A stretch of 64,000 nt of DNA from the human T2T-CHM13v2.0 reference genome, Homo sapiens. Below are positions 1 through 13,544 of the stretch, piece after piece; the stretch's first letter is position 1; every line of letters starts with the position of its first letter. Location: assembly GCF_009914755.1 (NCBI RefSeq), contig NC_060931.1. One strand, written 5' to 3'. The notes under the pieces were generated by a model, which ran no database searches, was not told the DNA's origin, and saw only the letters and a program-made list of their open reading frames with translations. A program made the position numbers and the translations under genes.

Positions 1-149
1 GCAACCTATTTTTTAATCTATCTTCACCTCTATCCCTCACTTAACCCATTGTACTTGGCCAGTCGGGATATACTCTTCTACTTGGACAGTCAAGACATAC
101 TATTCTCAGGCTCTTGGCCACTCCCATTGTCTGTTTCTTCAACCTTTTC

Positions 150-480
150 TTAGCTTTATTCCTTAAGAAGTTTAATCCCTCAGAATGCCAATTTATCCAC
201 TCTTTTGCTAAAACTCTTAAAACACCTGGCCTCCTTAACTGTATCTTGCTCTGATAGTATAAGTTGACACTACAGTATTGATCACCCATCTGCCTTTCTT
301 GCTGTTACGATTTAGCAGCTGAGTGTGAGCAAAGAAAAGCCCATGACCAAGATAATTAGAGACTCTAAGATGTTCAGCGATCCATTAATTCACTGTGTGT
401 CTCCTCAATGCTATTTTCATCTTCCAACCCCACAGTTATGGTTAGAAACATTCCACGCTTCCTCAAGGTTGTTACTCAAT
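150..480 (+). mobile_element. Probable ancient L2 LINE fragment
   Basis: Degenerate L2-like text 'cagctgagtgtgagcaaagaaaagcccatgacc'; boundaries approximate. Confidence 0.35.
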
Positions 481-1184
481 ACCAGCCTGACCTCCCCTGT
501 TGGATGTTATTGGGAGCAAAAAAGGTATTGCCAGGATCTAAGGTTTCCAGATTGTGCATTGCTGTTTCACCTCTCTGTCTTGTTACATACAGTCTTCCAT
601 TAAGCATTTTCTGTTCTCCTCCAATCCATGTTAATATTTTAACTTTGTCACTTTTCTGTCTTGTACATTTATGATGGCATTTACAAAAATTCATCACATT
701 AATTTCTTGCATTCCCTCCCTCTTCTACAAGCTATTTAGTCTAAAAGAACAAAAACTAGTTCTTAATCATCTTTGTTTTCCTTATTACTTAAGCACAAAT
801 CGCTTAACATAGGCTGAAGGAGTATATTAATCACAACTTGTTTACAACTGTTCAAATTAAAACATTCAAAACAAGGTTAGGTATTGAGTTTTACTTGAAT
901 TAATTCCAGTAGAATATTTAATTCGCTGGAATGTGTATACATTTTTTCTTTAAGACTAGAAGTTATTCAGAGATTCTTGATCCTTTCATTTAATAGTACA
1001 TCCTGAACAAATTTAGTATTAGGAGATAGTTTGAAATCCAAATAAAGACACAAATGGATTTGGAGACCTATTCAGTCCTTACATAATTCCTTTGAGAAGA
1101 AATTTTTAGACTATTCACTTCCTGGGTACGATGCTTTTGTATTGGAGCTGGGTGCAGTAGGCGCTTGCTCGTAGAGACTGTGGC

Positions 1185-1340
1185 ACTGAGTTCAGCATAG
1201 AACTCTATTGAAATTCTAGCTCCACTGCCTAAATTGTGACTTCGGGCTAGTTACTGGACTTCTGGAAGTGTAAGTTTTATTATCTGTAAAACAAAGCTAG
1301 TAGTGTCAAGCTCGTAACAGTGCTTTGACAATTAAATTTA
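1185..1340 (+). mobile_element. MIR SINE
   Basis: MIR core-like 'ttgaaattctagctccactgcc...tgtgacttcgggctagttact...atctgtaaaa'. Confidence 0.7.
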
Positions 1341-1634
1341 AGAAATAAATTTAAATTGGCGGAGAATGTGTACCTGGGCTAATGATGACAACTTTATAAT
1401 GGAAACTTCATGACCTGTTTAACTTTAATTATATGTTTTCTTCCTTTGTGTCAGTTTCCCAGATTCACTCACATCCTGCCCTGAAGACCACACCTTAATA
1501 TAATAACTACCTTGACAGAGCATCTGAACATGGATGCATTGAGAGAAATACTGCACTCCTAATGACATGACAGCCAAGCCCAGTACTTTGAAATATTATA
1601 GTTAGAACTAGGAGAGTAGAGCAAGATCCCTGGA

Positions 1635-1952
1635 GCAGTTCTACATAAAAGAAATATAATGCTAACCATCGACACAATTCTGTATTTTCTGGTAGGCATA
1701 TTTAAATAAGTGAAGTGAAACAGATAAAATTAATTTTAATATATTTTATTCAGCACAAAACATCCAAAATATCATTTCAACATAAATAATATTAAAAATT
1801 GTTAATGAGATACTTTACATTTTTTTTCTGTGTGCCAAGTCTTCAAAATATGGAGTGTGCTTTACATTTATAACATATCCTTTTTCAGACTCATGACTGT
1901 CAAAATGTCACTACCCACAGGTGGCTAGGGCTTCCCAAGTGAGATAGTGCTG
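1635..1952 (+). mobile_element. MER33 (hAT-Charlie DNA transposon)
   Basis: Matches recalled MER33 consensus along its length ('agaaatataatgc', 'aaaattaattttaat', 'taatgagatactttacatt', 'aagtcttcaaaat', 'ccacaggtggctag'). Confidence 0.8.
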
Positions 1953-2023
1953 TTGCAGTGGGTGGACCCAGGCAGCCCATGGCTTTGCCCTATCCAGAAT
2001 GAAGAGCATGAGAAAAATGGGTG

Positions 2024-2378
2024 TGCTGTAGTCTGAGTGTTTGTGTCTCTCCAAGTCTCATGTATTGAAACCTAATCACAAAGATGATGCTATTAGAAAG
2101 CGGGGCCTTTGAAAGGGGATTAGTCCATGAGGATAGAGCTTCATGCATGGGATGAGTACCCAAAGAGGCATAAGAGAGCTCTTGGCTCCTTTCTGCCCTT
2201 CTGCCATGTGAGGACACATAAAAAATGCCATCCAGAAAGAAGGGGCCCTCACCAGACACTGAATCTATTGGCAACTTGATCATGGACTTTCTAGTCCCTA
2301 AAACTGTGGGCAATGAAATTCTGTGGTTTATAAATTACCCAGTCTAAGTTATTTTGGTATAGCAGCCCAAACCAACAA
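2024..2378 (+). mobile_element. MLT1A-type MaLR solo LTR
   Basis: Starts 'tgctgtagtctgagtgtttgtgtc'; 'ctgccatgtgaggacaca', 'ccctcaccagacac', 'ataaattacccagtctaag...atagcagccc'. Confidence 0.85.
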
Positions 2379-2528
2379 TAGGTGTTTTCTGCTTCATGCT
2401 AAATATGCCATAGTGTGTACAAAAGAGTGATTTCCAGAGAAGGGATGCATCTTATTTCCTGGCTCCTGGCTTTCACAAGCTCTTTCTCATGCTATAGCTA
2501 TACTTCCATTCTGTTTCATTTTTTCATT

Positions 2529-2607
2529 TCAGGTTGGTGCAAAAGTAATTGCAGTTTTTCCATTATTTTTAATGGCAAAAACTGCAATTACTTTTGCACC
2601 AACCTAA
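2529..2607. mobile_element. MADE1 (Hsmar1-derived MITE, ~80-bp palindrome)
   Basis: 'aggttggtgcaaaagtaattgcagttttt...aaaaactgcaattacttttgcaccaacctaa': near-perfect MADE1 inverted repeats. Confidence 0.95.
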
Positions 2608-3049
2608 TACTAACCTCTTCAATGACACGTGTGGACTCACACTTCGGTACTCGTTTTCCCCATGTAACTGATTTTTTCCTTTGTCACCGTTATACTATGC
2701 TATTGCAATGGTGTTTTGATAATGGATTCAGCCTTCCTTTCAACAAATTGATCTAAAGCTTTTAATGTACGCTGGCTTTGCCTGATTTTAGTCGATAAGC
2801 TTGGGGGACTCTTTCTTGCAGTGTAGTCAGAGTTCCAACAGCTGAGCGATTTCTTGAATCTGCACCATACCTTTCCCCCATGGGGATCAGGCAAAAAGTT
2901 TTAGCCAGCAGTAATTTCCTAAAAAAGAGAGAAGTAAAGAACATAGATAAAATGAAACAAGAATGGAAGTATAAGTAAAGAAAAGGCTACTGCAATTACA
3001 AACCTTGATACAGATAGTAATGATAATCACAGTCATAAGCATATGAGCT

Positions 3050-3160
3050 GTAAACATTGGCAGCTTATTATAAACAGGCACTGTGCTAATCCTTTTATCA
3101 TCTCATTTTATTTAATCTCCGTAGCAACCATTTGAAGTAATATTTGACTTCTATTTCTCC
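3050..3160 (-). mobile_element. MIR fragment
   Basis: 'caggcactgtgctaa...catttta tttaatctccgtagcaacc' resembles reverse MIR. Confidence 0.55.
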
Positions 3161-4257
3161 TTGGACCAACACTGTTTATTTTTCTTTGGAACAGGCATAC
3201 AATTTGGGGGAACCTCCCCACTTTCCTTTTTTTATTTTTTTCTAGCATTGTTTCAAACACTCTTAGAATCAAAGTTGTCAATGTTCTGTGAAAATTTCTT
3301 CCAGGTGACCATACGAAGACTTTGGAGAAGCCAAATATTTATCCCAAACCACATCTCCTGACATCCATAACACATGCTGAATGTCCTGTGTCTGTCCCGG
3401 GCTGCTGGCTGATTTGAATCCCCTCCCTGTGCCCGCTAAGTGTCAGCTCTGGAGGCCACCCCCACAGTGTCCCTCCTGCAGGTACCCCTTTGCCTTCACC
3501 GCTTAGTTCTTCAGGTGATGGCATCAGCCCTCCCCTTCACCAACCTTTTTCAAGTATTCTTCCTCTCTTTCACTCTCTCTCTTGCCAAATTTTATTTTTA
3601 CTTAAAAAAAAAAAGTAAGTAGACACCAAAATTAAAATGGAAAACTATCTGAGAGCTGTGCCTAATGTTATAAAATGAAGCTAAACTGTGTCTTGATTGT
3701 AAAAGAGAAATCAATTTAGAAAGTATTGACTTGGAAGAACTTAATTGCTCATAAAATTAATTTATGGATGGCTTTATTTGATGTTTGGAAACAGGAATAC
3801 AAATGAACCAACTTTGATGTTTATGAGTTTCCATGGTTAGCCAAGGAAAGAGGTAACTGACAAGAAGAGAAAATTGAAACAGATGAGAAGGTAATGGTTG
3901 TTTACTCTTCCCTGGAAACACACCATATTAGGTTATAAGAAGTGGACAGTTATAAAACTGTTCAACAAAATAGTTGCAGACCAGTTTAAAATTACCAAAA
4001 AAAATTTATATTGAATCATACTTTCAAACTTTCAGTGACCCTATGTGTCTTAAAATCAATATAGATTATTTGTGAATTTTTAAACAAAATTAAAGGTAAT
4101 AATATCTTCTGAAGGAATTACAGGATAAATAATTTGCAATCTATTAAGCCCCCAAGAGCCATAGAAGTAAAATCTTCCTGCTGAGATAGCAGAATTTTAT
4201 TGTAAGTTATCATGTTGGAAGAAAAGCAAAGCCATAGCAACAAAGGATGCAGAGTTA

Positions 4258-4315
4258 GTATATGTGTATATGTGTGTGTATACGTGTGTGTGTGTTTGTG
4301 TATAAATATATATAC
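4258..4315. repeat. (TG/TA)n microsatellite
   Basis: Directly visible dinucleotide run. Confidence 0.9.
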
Positions 4316-5354
4316 ATCTTAGGCAGAGGCAACAAAAGAATGCCATTATGGCAGGTGCACAGGAACAGAAAGGAAATAGAAAAGCCTTGTATCACATATA
4401 GGATATTATTTTTATTACTTATCTTTTTATAATTTGCATAATAAAAGGTTAGCTCACTATGTAAAATGATATTTGTCATCTTACATAAGTAAAACAATGA
4501 CTTCATTAAAGAGTATCTTGAAAACAGAGTCAAGCATACATTTATATTTGCAGGAAAATAAATGTGATTGCAGTAACTTCTTACAATGCACAAATATCTA
4601 TGAAATGGTTGGTATTAATATTATCCTTGAATATGACTGATAGCCATTTGATGGGTTGGTTTTAATCTTGTAGTATCTTCTTATTCTGGTTGAAAAAGTT
4701 CTTTTCATGCTTAATTTAACCCAACAATAAGTGGGCACCCTTTCTCCAAAATGCCCTGGACATGGGGCACATTGGCTTATTGTCTTGGGGAATTTTGAGC
4801 ATGGCCATCAAATGGCAGGTAACAGATCCTGCACAGGGGATTGCTCCTCTCAGGTAATTGACATGCAGTCAGCAAGCTTTCCCAGTGCAGATGGTGTGAG
4901 GTTCAGAATTGTGTTGTGATTACCTGGATGGCAGGCACTTTGCTTCAGTCATGCTCCCAGGTATTACTGCACCATCTTGGTCAGCTTGCTCTAGGTGGAT
5001 CTACTCACCCTTGGCCCTCTGTTCTGATAAAATCCCTCTCAGAACATGTCCAGGACAATGCCAGTCACCAGCGCTTACTCCTCATTCTCTACACACAGGC
5101 TTCTTTCCTATCCCAAAAGTGTGATGTCCCTTTAGGAAGGTTTTCCTTCACTTTAGATGGACACTCAACTGCTCAGTTATACATAATTTGTTTTTCCGTT
5201 ACTAAACCTTAGAGAATGTTTGATCTTCAAAAAAATTGAATAAAAGGTTCATGTTATAGTACAATACAAATCCACAGTTAAGCAACACATGCATGTGCAA
5301 CATACACTATTAAAATCACACTAAAAATGAAATTTAAAAAAATAATGCAGGGAA

Positions 5355-5535
5355 ATAACATTTATTCAGCTGCCACCGTGTAAAAAGCCTTCTCTAGACT
5401 AATTCCTACATGTAATGCAAAATCAAGTCCTCACAACAGTCCTGTGTTGTATTATCCTTCTTTTTAATGCAAATGAGAAGAAAGTTAGATTTTAGAAGTT
5501 AACTTACAAAGAGTGAGCAGCAGGGTCGAACTCTG
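5355..5535 (-). mobile_element. MIR fragment
   Basis: 'aataacatttatt...tcctcacaacagtcctgtg...tattatcc...caaatgagaa'. Confidence 0.55.
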
Positions 5536-5655
5536 TAGATTGTAGATTGCCTGACAGCACAACCTGCAGTATACATCTGCACATTGCTGTGCACGTTTCA
5601 TAGACGCCCTTGCCTCCAGGAACTGAGTCTTAGAAGGTAATAGGTAACCCAGTAC

Positions 5656-5956
<301 letters not shown>

Positions 5957-6378
5957 AGTAACTCAGTATTTATAAGCAAATTCTTTTACTTTTTAAATTA
6001 CTCTCTTCAGGTGGCAAGGTTTGTGTAAATAAGTGTGGCACTGCAGTTTATACATAGACATGAGGCAACACGAGTATGGAGATGGCCCCTTCTAGATCAA
6101 TCAGCACAGAAAGCAAGGGCAGGAGGAGCCTCTGTGTTTATTTAAAGTGTTTTAAAAGAGGATGGCTGTCCATTCAAATTCAGCCAATTGGTCATAAGCA
6201 GGTATCTTTTAATCATCAAAATCTTGATACTTAATATGCTGTTTGAAATCTGAATACTCTTTAAGATGATATTCAGTAATAGGACATGTTCTGTCTTCCA
6301 AAATAATGAAACAAGGTACCTTTTAAAGCCTAGTAGTTGTAAGTTACTTCGCTAGCTACTTAATGATGCTCAGAAAAT

Positions 6379-6500
6379 AGCCAGATGCTGTGGCACACAC
6401 CTGTAGTATCAGCTACTCAGGGGGCTGAGGCAGGAGGAGCACTTGAGTTCAGGAGTTCAGCCTGGGCAACATTGAGAGACCCCATCTCTGAAAAATAAAT
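6379..6500 (+). mobile_element. Alu monomer (FLAM-like)
   Basis: Single ~120-bp arm 'gtggcacacacctgtagt...cagcctgggcaacat...agaccccatctct' with A-rich tail. Confidence 0.85.
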
Positions 6501-7211
6501 ATATAAATAAATATAATTTTAAAACATACCATATAGACTTCCCAAATGAACCAAGATGATTTGAGATACAACAAATAGTTAATATAATTTTAAAAACAAT
6601 AAGCCCAATAATAAAATGGAAAAAGCCAAGTAATAAAGGAGAGATCTTGAAATAATTAACTATAAAACAAAAGCTAAAGAAAGTTTCTATCATCAGGCAG
6701 AATTGTATTTGGATTCCTTAGTGAGTAGAGCAAAAAGAGCAATGCTCTATTGATACACTTATCCGAGATTAATTAAAGGCCACATTTTCTTAGCTAAAGA
6801 CTTTGCAAAACCAGGAAAAAAAAATTCTCATCCAGTGATTTTGGGTGGGTGCATTGCAAGATATAAGTGATCATACCTCACGTGGAAATGTTCAAAAAAG
6901 CAAGTTTCCAAATTTGATTGTATATGAAACCCAAGGATATATTCCCTTTACACTCTATCATGCAAACTATACAATTTTAGGTACATATTTAACATTTAAT
7001 GACACGATTTCACATCTGCACTTGGGTGGAAGTCCCTGGTACTCTAGTGTGTGTGCCAGTGGCTTGGTTGTGGGAACTCTGTGCAGAGAACATGGAATCC
7101 GGTGGAACCGCACACGGAAATGAGATGCTTCATATGCCCTGGATTTGTTCCATGATTCCATGATTAATTTCAAAATTCAGAGTTCAATAGAAGTGTATGA
7201 TAAGAATAGAC

Positions 7212-7347
7212 TCAGGTGAATGCTTTTATTTTGTAATTATTTGAATACCACTATATTCTGTCATTCTTTTTTGATATAAAATATGCTGGTTTGCACCAAT
7301 TAAAATTATGTTGACATTTAGATAGGCAGGTTTTATGAATCAAATGT
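7212..7347 (+). repeat. 136-bp dispersed duplication, copy 1 (donor)
   Basis: Ungapped match to 8739-8874 with 12 mismatches by manual count. Confidence 0.92.
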
Positions 7348-7700
7348 TTCTGTCCTCCCAAAATTTACATGTTGAAGCCTTAACCCACAGGGTAATGGCA
7401 TTAAGAGGTGGGCAGGTAATTAGCTTTAGATGAGGTCCTGAGGTTGGGATCCCCATGATGTCATCAGAGCCCTTATAAGGAGAGAAAGAGACACCAGAAT
7501 TTCCTTTCCCTCTCCCTTGTAGGATACTGGAGAAGGCAGCCATCTGCAAGCCAGACAGAGAGTCCTCGCCAGGACCTAAAGGGCCAGCACCTTGATCTTG
7601 AGTTTCTCAGTCTCCACAACTGTACAAAATAAATGTCTGTTGTTTAAACTACCCAGACTATGGTATTTTGTTATAGTCTAACCTAAGGTAACTAGCTCAA
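7329..7700 (+). mobile_element. MLT1A-type MaLR solo LTR
   Basis: 'ccaaaatttacatgttgaagcc', 'gaaggcagccatctgcaagcca', 'gccagcaccttgatcttg', 'aataaatgtctgttgtttaa'. Confidence 0.85.
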
Positions 7701-8489
7701 ACAGGCGAAGATTAAATTAGTTTTTTCAGTTGCTGGTTTTGCAAATTATTTATTCCTCTACTTTATCATAAATATATTTTAAAAATATTTTGAAGTCAGT
7801 AGAATGGGTCTAAAATACAAACTCTGTTCCTGATTACCTCTGCGGCCTTGGGCAGGCAAGTAGAACTCTCTAAACTCAAGACTTCTCCTCTATGAAATAA
7901 GCAAAAATAACATTTCCTGGAGAAGTACATGACACTTATGAAGAGCTCATTCTGTGCTAGCTTTGGTTCCACATAGTCATCATTTTCGTATGAAAAGCAA
8001 TTCATCTGGTTTGTAAATTTAATTTCTTATCATAACCACTACCTCACAAAGATACATGATTTGTTTTTAATTGTATCAATTTTGTACTTGCATGTTGCAA
8101 TTAGTATTTTAATTATAAATATATAAATATGATTGAAAAATATAGATATTTTAAGTATATTATTTTCTTAAGAAATATTCTTTAGAATAAAATTCCTTGA
8201 AAATGCACTGAAACATATTTATTGGCAAGTGGCTTTCTGAAAGAAATAGTTATGGCTGAAAATTTGATTTTTTACGAAAAATTTACATGCAGCAGTAATA
8301 TACTTTTATATTTTTTGCTAAGTAGTAGGCATGAAAATACTAAATTTAAAAAATAATGGACATTTATTTCATAATGAGGTGGAATGATTATAAGTTTTTC
8401 TTTCTCATTTTTAAGCATCAAGTTAATAATACATCTTTGTTGAAAAATAATCAACAATTTGGATGCAAATGCAGTCAAAATAATGAATA

Positions 8490-8915
8490 TACCCTCACTG
8501 CGCTAATCCATCTACTCAGAGTTAACCATTATTAGCAGCTTTGTTGGTGTAATAGCGTGACATTTCAAATTCATATAATTTGATAAAATATGGTACACTA
8601 TGCTATAATAATCAGATATTCAAGAACAGATAATTACAAAGATATATAACCATGAAATCTATATTCTACAACAGTTTTTCCATAAATTATATAACATGAG
8701 CTAATTTTGTATTCAGCTTATTATTTTTAACAGCTGCTTCAGGCAAATGCTTTTATTTTGTAATTATTTAAATACTACTATATCCTGTCATTCTTTTTTG
8801 ATATAAAATATACTAGTTTGCAACAATTAAAATTATATTGACATTTCCATAGGCAGGTTTTATGGATCAAATGTAATATTTCCCAGAATATTACAGTTCC
8901 ATAATTTATTTAATA
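8490..8915 (-). mobile_element. Old L1ME 3' fragment, interrupted by duplication copy 2
   Basis: 'ttatttttaacagctgc' and 'gtaatatttcc...ccataatttatttaa' flank the insert. Confidence 0.5.
8739..8874 (+). repeat. 136-bp dispersed duplication, copy 2 (inserted)
   Basis: Ungapped match to 7212-7347. Confidence 0.92.
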
Positions 8916-9584
8916 TTATTGAGGATTCAATTTATACAGTTGATAAAAATGCATTTGGCTGTGAGTAATGGAACAATCACAATAAGTTAATGATAGGTAT
9001 GTATCATTTTTATAGGGCATTCAAAGGTGAAGAGTCCAAGGGTTTCTATAGAAACTCATCCTTAGCACATGGACTCTAAAAGTCAATTCCTCCTAACATT
9101 GTTCTCCAAAAGAAGAACATACCTCCAATACTCATGGCGCTTGGGGAATGATATGGGTCTTTTCTACTTCCCTTTTTTCCTTTAGCAAGTTTCCAACCCC
9201 TCTCTTCTGGCGTCTGTGTGCTCGCCTAATCACATACTCAGCAGATTTATTTTGCCAGTTGGCTACTTGCTCAGCAGGTGACATCAGCAAGAAGCCAGTA
9301 CACATAGCTGGGAGATAGTTTTGTTAAGTCTGGTTTTGGAATGGGGTTTGATCTTTCCTGCTGTCTTTCATGTCGAATAAGTCTAAAGCTGCATTTCCAG
9401 TATGTATGTTCCATGGGGCTGTAAAACTATCACTTTTCAAGCTTATTGTAGAGATCCTGCCCTGATCTCCCTATAATTACTTTTTGTTTGTTTTAGAAAC
9501 AGTCCTTAACTAGTTCATTTCACATCAACTGCTGGGCCAAGAAGAGTAATAAATTGGATTATAATTGATTAACTGATAATCTAG

Positions 9585-9892
<308 letters not shown>

Positions 9893-10259
9893 TAGCTGTG
9901 GATTTTGACATAGAAAAAAGTAAAGAATCAAGGATAAGACCATTAGATGTGCTCCCCAAACATAATAAGTGGCCTTTTATGTTATTTTCTTATTGATGAA
10001 AATAAAAGGAAGATTTGAAAATGACAATTGAACTCTTTAGGTATCAACGGCCCTATAATTTCATGTAAAGCCTTATTTGCAGAAAGACATCAGGTGATTT
10101 TTGTGGATGTATTGCGAAGAAGTAGGAGCAATTTGTGCTTAATCGATTTACCAGATTAATAATCTTTACTTTCTTGAGAAATCATACTGCTAATGCCCAG
10201 CAAGTGAATGCCTAATAGGACATCTTATAAATTTCCAACATATTTTCTAGCAACTGAGC

Positions 10260-10565
10260 TGTTTACTTACTAAAAGTCAGCTGTGTTTATTTCTTATAGT
10301 TATATCACTTATACTTTTTGTGATAATTAAACAGTTAAATTAAATTGCTGAAAAATAATGGGCAAATAAAGAGTTAAGAATTTGTGATGACTAATTTAAA
10401 TAATTCAGAAAGACTTGATAAATGTGACTCACCAAAAATAAAGTCTATCTGTGGGCAAATAAACTGTAAAAAATTAGTTGAATAATGTAAACATTTATTA
10501 AAATTCTTTACTCAAATTATTTCAAAAATGTCATTTAGTTCGAGGTACATTTTAAAAACATTTTA
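10260..10565 (+). mobile_element. Ancient TcMar-Tigger fragment (Tigger12/15-like transposase 5' region)
   Basis: 'gaaagacttgataaatgtgactcaccaaaaa...tgtgggcaaataaactgtaaaa...tactcaaattatttc' resembles recalled consensus. Confidence 0.5.
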
Positions 10566-10639
10566 ATAAAGGACTATATTAAGCATTTATAAAGGTTGAG
10601 AAATAACATAATAAACTGCTATTTGCCCTATTTAATTGC

Positions 10640-11561
10640 CATGATTTTATAACATTTACAAATCATGAACAATCTTACTTCAACTCTATTCCTACAAAAT
10701 TCCTCACTCCCTTTGAATTATTTTGAACGAAATGCCATATTGTTTTATCTGGAAATATTTCAAAATATATCTCAAAACATGATCATTTTTAAACTTTAAT
10801 AAAATATTTGTGTCCCACCTAAAAATTAATGTTTAATATTGTAACATTGTGTTCATTTTTCTTTATTTCAATTTGTTTTTATAGCTTATTTGTTCAAATC
10901 AAGAATCTATCAGATTACAGAGTACATATTGAAATTAGTTGGTGTGTCTTTTAAATCTTTTATATGGTGTATATTAATAACTTTTCAAATTATTCATTGA
11001 AGGACTTAAATCTTATGGTCCTCTACCTTTTTTTTTTTTTTTCCCCACAGCCTGGACTTTGCTGACTGCATCACTGTGGGGCCACTTCACATGTTCCTCT
11101 GATCCCTGTAATTAGAAATTTGTGATTGTATCCAGGATCTTAATCAGACTCAGGTTTGATATTTTCACAGGAATGTGTCATAGTTGGCATTCTCTGCCTT
11201 TCTAAAGGAGCCAGTTGGTAAATGCTCGTCTCCCTTTATGTGTGTGTAAGCAGCTATTGATGACCACTGACTAAACCATTAGTTCAATAGGAGTTGCAAA
11301 TGGGTCTGTTCTAATTCTTTCATTCCTTTTTTATTTATAAAATAAAATATTCTATAGAAGACACATTTCCTCATCAACTATTTGCTTACCCACATATCTT
11401 CATCGATGTTATGGTTGCCTGGGATAAAATGTGAACAAGAAAATAAAGAGAAATGCTACTTTTTTTCAAATTTACTTAGATAACAAGTTAATTAGTAAAT
11501 ATCATCCATATGGGAAAAATTAGGGGTGTGAGTGTGCATGAATATTTGTGGGATTAGTTTG

Positions 11562-11592
<31 letters not shown>

Positions 11593-11850
11593 ATTTTGTG
11601 TCGTTATAAGTTAATGTATTTAAGCAAATCTGTCAAATGTGTCCTTTTGGCGATCAGCGGTAGCTTCCTTGCTTTTTGTGAGGAGACCATTAGGCTTATT
11701 GTGTACCTTTACTGACCAGACTGCACTCTAACCTTGCTCTACAGAGCCCTAGCGACTTTCAGTGAGATGGCATTTTGAGACCGTCATCTAGATGCCATGG
11801 ATACTCTGCAGCATTAGTCCTTATTTCTATGACTTTTTTTGTACAAAGTC
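10640..11850 (-). mobile_element. L1MC-type 3' region
   Basis: 'ctggactttgctgactgcatc', 'cacatgttcctct', 'cttaatcagactcaggtttga', 'tttcctcatcaactatttg'; contains (TG)n near 11561-11592. Confidence 0.7.
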
Positions 11851-13544
11851 CTAGATTAATACAAAAAAAAATCAAATAAGAATTGATAGATACCACATAA
11901 TAGTTTTTATACTATTATGAGTTAAATAGACATAACACCTGTTTTCAAGAAGCTTACAAAAGTAGATACTTAAAAATAAATATAAATTGAAATAAGTGAT
12001 AAGATTTCTATGAGAAAAATAGGTTAAAATGTAAAATTTGACATTAATATGTTTTTTTTCAAAAATTTAAGTATATATTATTTATAGCTAATTCACTGGA
12101 ATTTCCAAAACTAGAGCCTTAGGTGGTACCTGAATCCCATAAAGCAATGTGCAAGAATTGCACATTGGAGAGAGGTCTCTTTCATGTTGTTAGAGCCCGT
12201 TACTTAATAATTTAAGAACCACATCTCTCTTTAATGTTCCTATTTTATCAGCCATTAACTGAAGTAATTATACTAATATTTTACATGAGGATATTGATTT
12301 TGAATATTCTTTTATCTATTTCCCCCAGACTTCATTTTTTATAGGTTGATGTTTTTATCACAAAAATATGCTTTTGCCATTTTCATCTTTGTGATTGTAT
12401 ACATTATTAATAAAATATAACCCTATTTGACATATTAAACCACGTGTTCTTCTGATATAAATATTGTCATCCATTCATTTTTTAAAAATTGATATTCGCC
12501 TTGTGTAGATTAGCTGTTTACTCTGGTTCTATCTTGCTTAAGGCATATGTCTCATAAGCAGTGTATGTCCTGGGTTGTTTATATTTTAATTCAACTTAGA
12601 AATATTTAATTTTTAAATGAATAGCACAGAACATAGCAGATACTCAATCTATCCCTCAAGTCAGAATAAAGAAAAAATGAGGTTGAAATCTGCATTCTGT
12701 TGCATACTCATTGTAGATTACAAAGAAATCCCTGCTCACTATTTACACTCAGGTAATGCTTGAAATGGAATGTCCTTAGCCGGATTTACAGATGAGTTTA
12801 TGGAGCTCAGTCAGAAACGCGGGAAATGCATCTGATTGCAAAAGGCAGGTGGTGTAAACTATTTCTCAAGATAAGAGATTTCCCATGATGCGCTTACATG
12901 AATTCTCTTATTGTTCCAACTAAAATAAGGAATTATGTTCCGACTATAGTTAGTTTGAAAGAAAGGGAAAATGATAAAACAAACAAAAAAAAAACTAGGG
13001 AAAAAAGGATACAAAAACTTCCTGAATGAGGGAAAGTACAAAAGTAATTTCAAGCACTTGAACAATTTGTGCTTCTTTACCTGGGAAAATTCCACATGAA
13101 AATTCCCAGTAGCTGGATGTTTCAACTCAATTAAGGTGATTTAAGTATATTTCCATTTGGATCATGATTGCCATTTCTTACAACATTAAATATCTGTCTC
13201 TGAAACAAAAGTAACCTAAAATAGTTTACAATTAGATGAACATGGGAGACGTTGGAAGTGGACCTTTTAAAAGCTCTGGATTTCTTAGCTCCAAACTCTT
13301 ATTAGGAGTAAATGATGCAGAAAAAAGTTTTAAATATATCACTTAGGCTTCTGCAAACAACTTATGTTCAAATATTTGTTATCTTTGAATGCTGTGCATT
13401 TACTTTAAATATGTTTAGAGTATTTGGCGTAATTGGGTTAATTTAATAAGTTTTATTAACTCATTTTATAACAAAAAGGAAACCTTGCAAACTGGAAAAA
13501 AATGAAACACAGCATTTAAAATTCAGTTCTGCACTGAATTTGGA

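Noticed and set aside
4740-4980. Faint minus-strand resemblance to an RPL34 retrocopy
   Set aside because: Only a few short words match my recollection of the mRNA; no convincing alignment, poly-A or TSD.
12717-12752. 36-nt AG...GT microexon candidate
   Set aside because: Weak pyrimidine tract, no recognisable peptide and no neighbouring coding exons; expected by chance.
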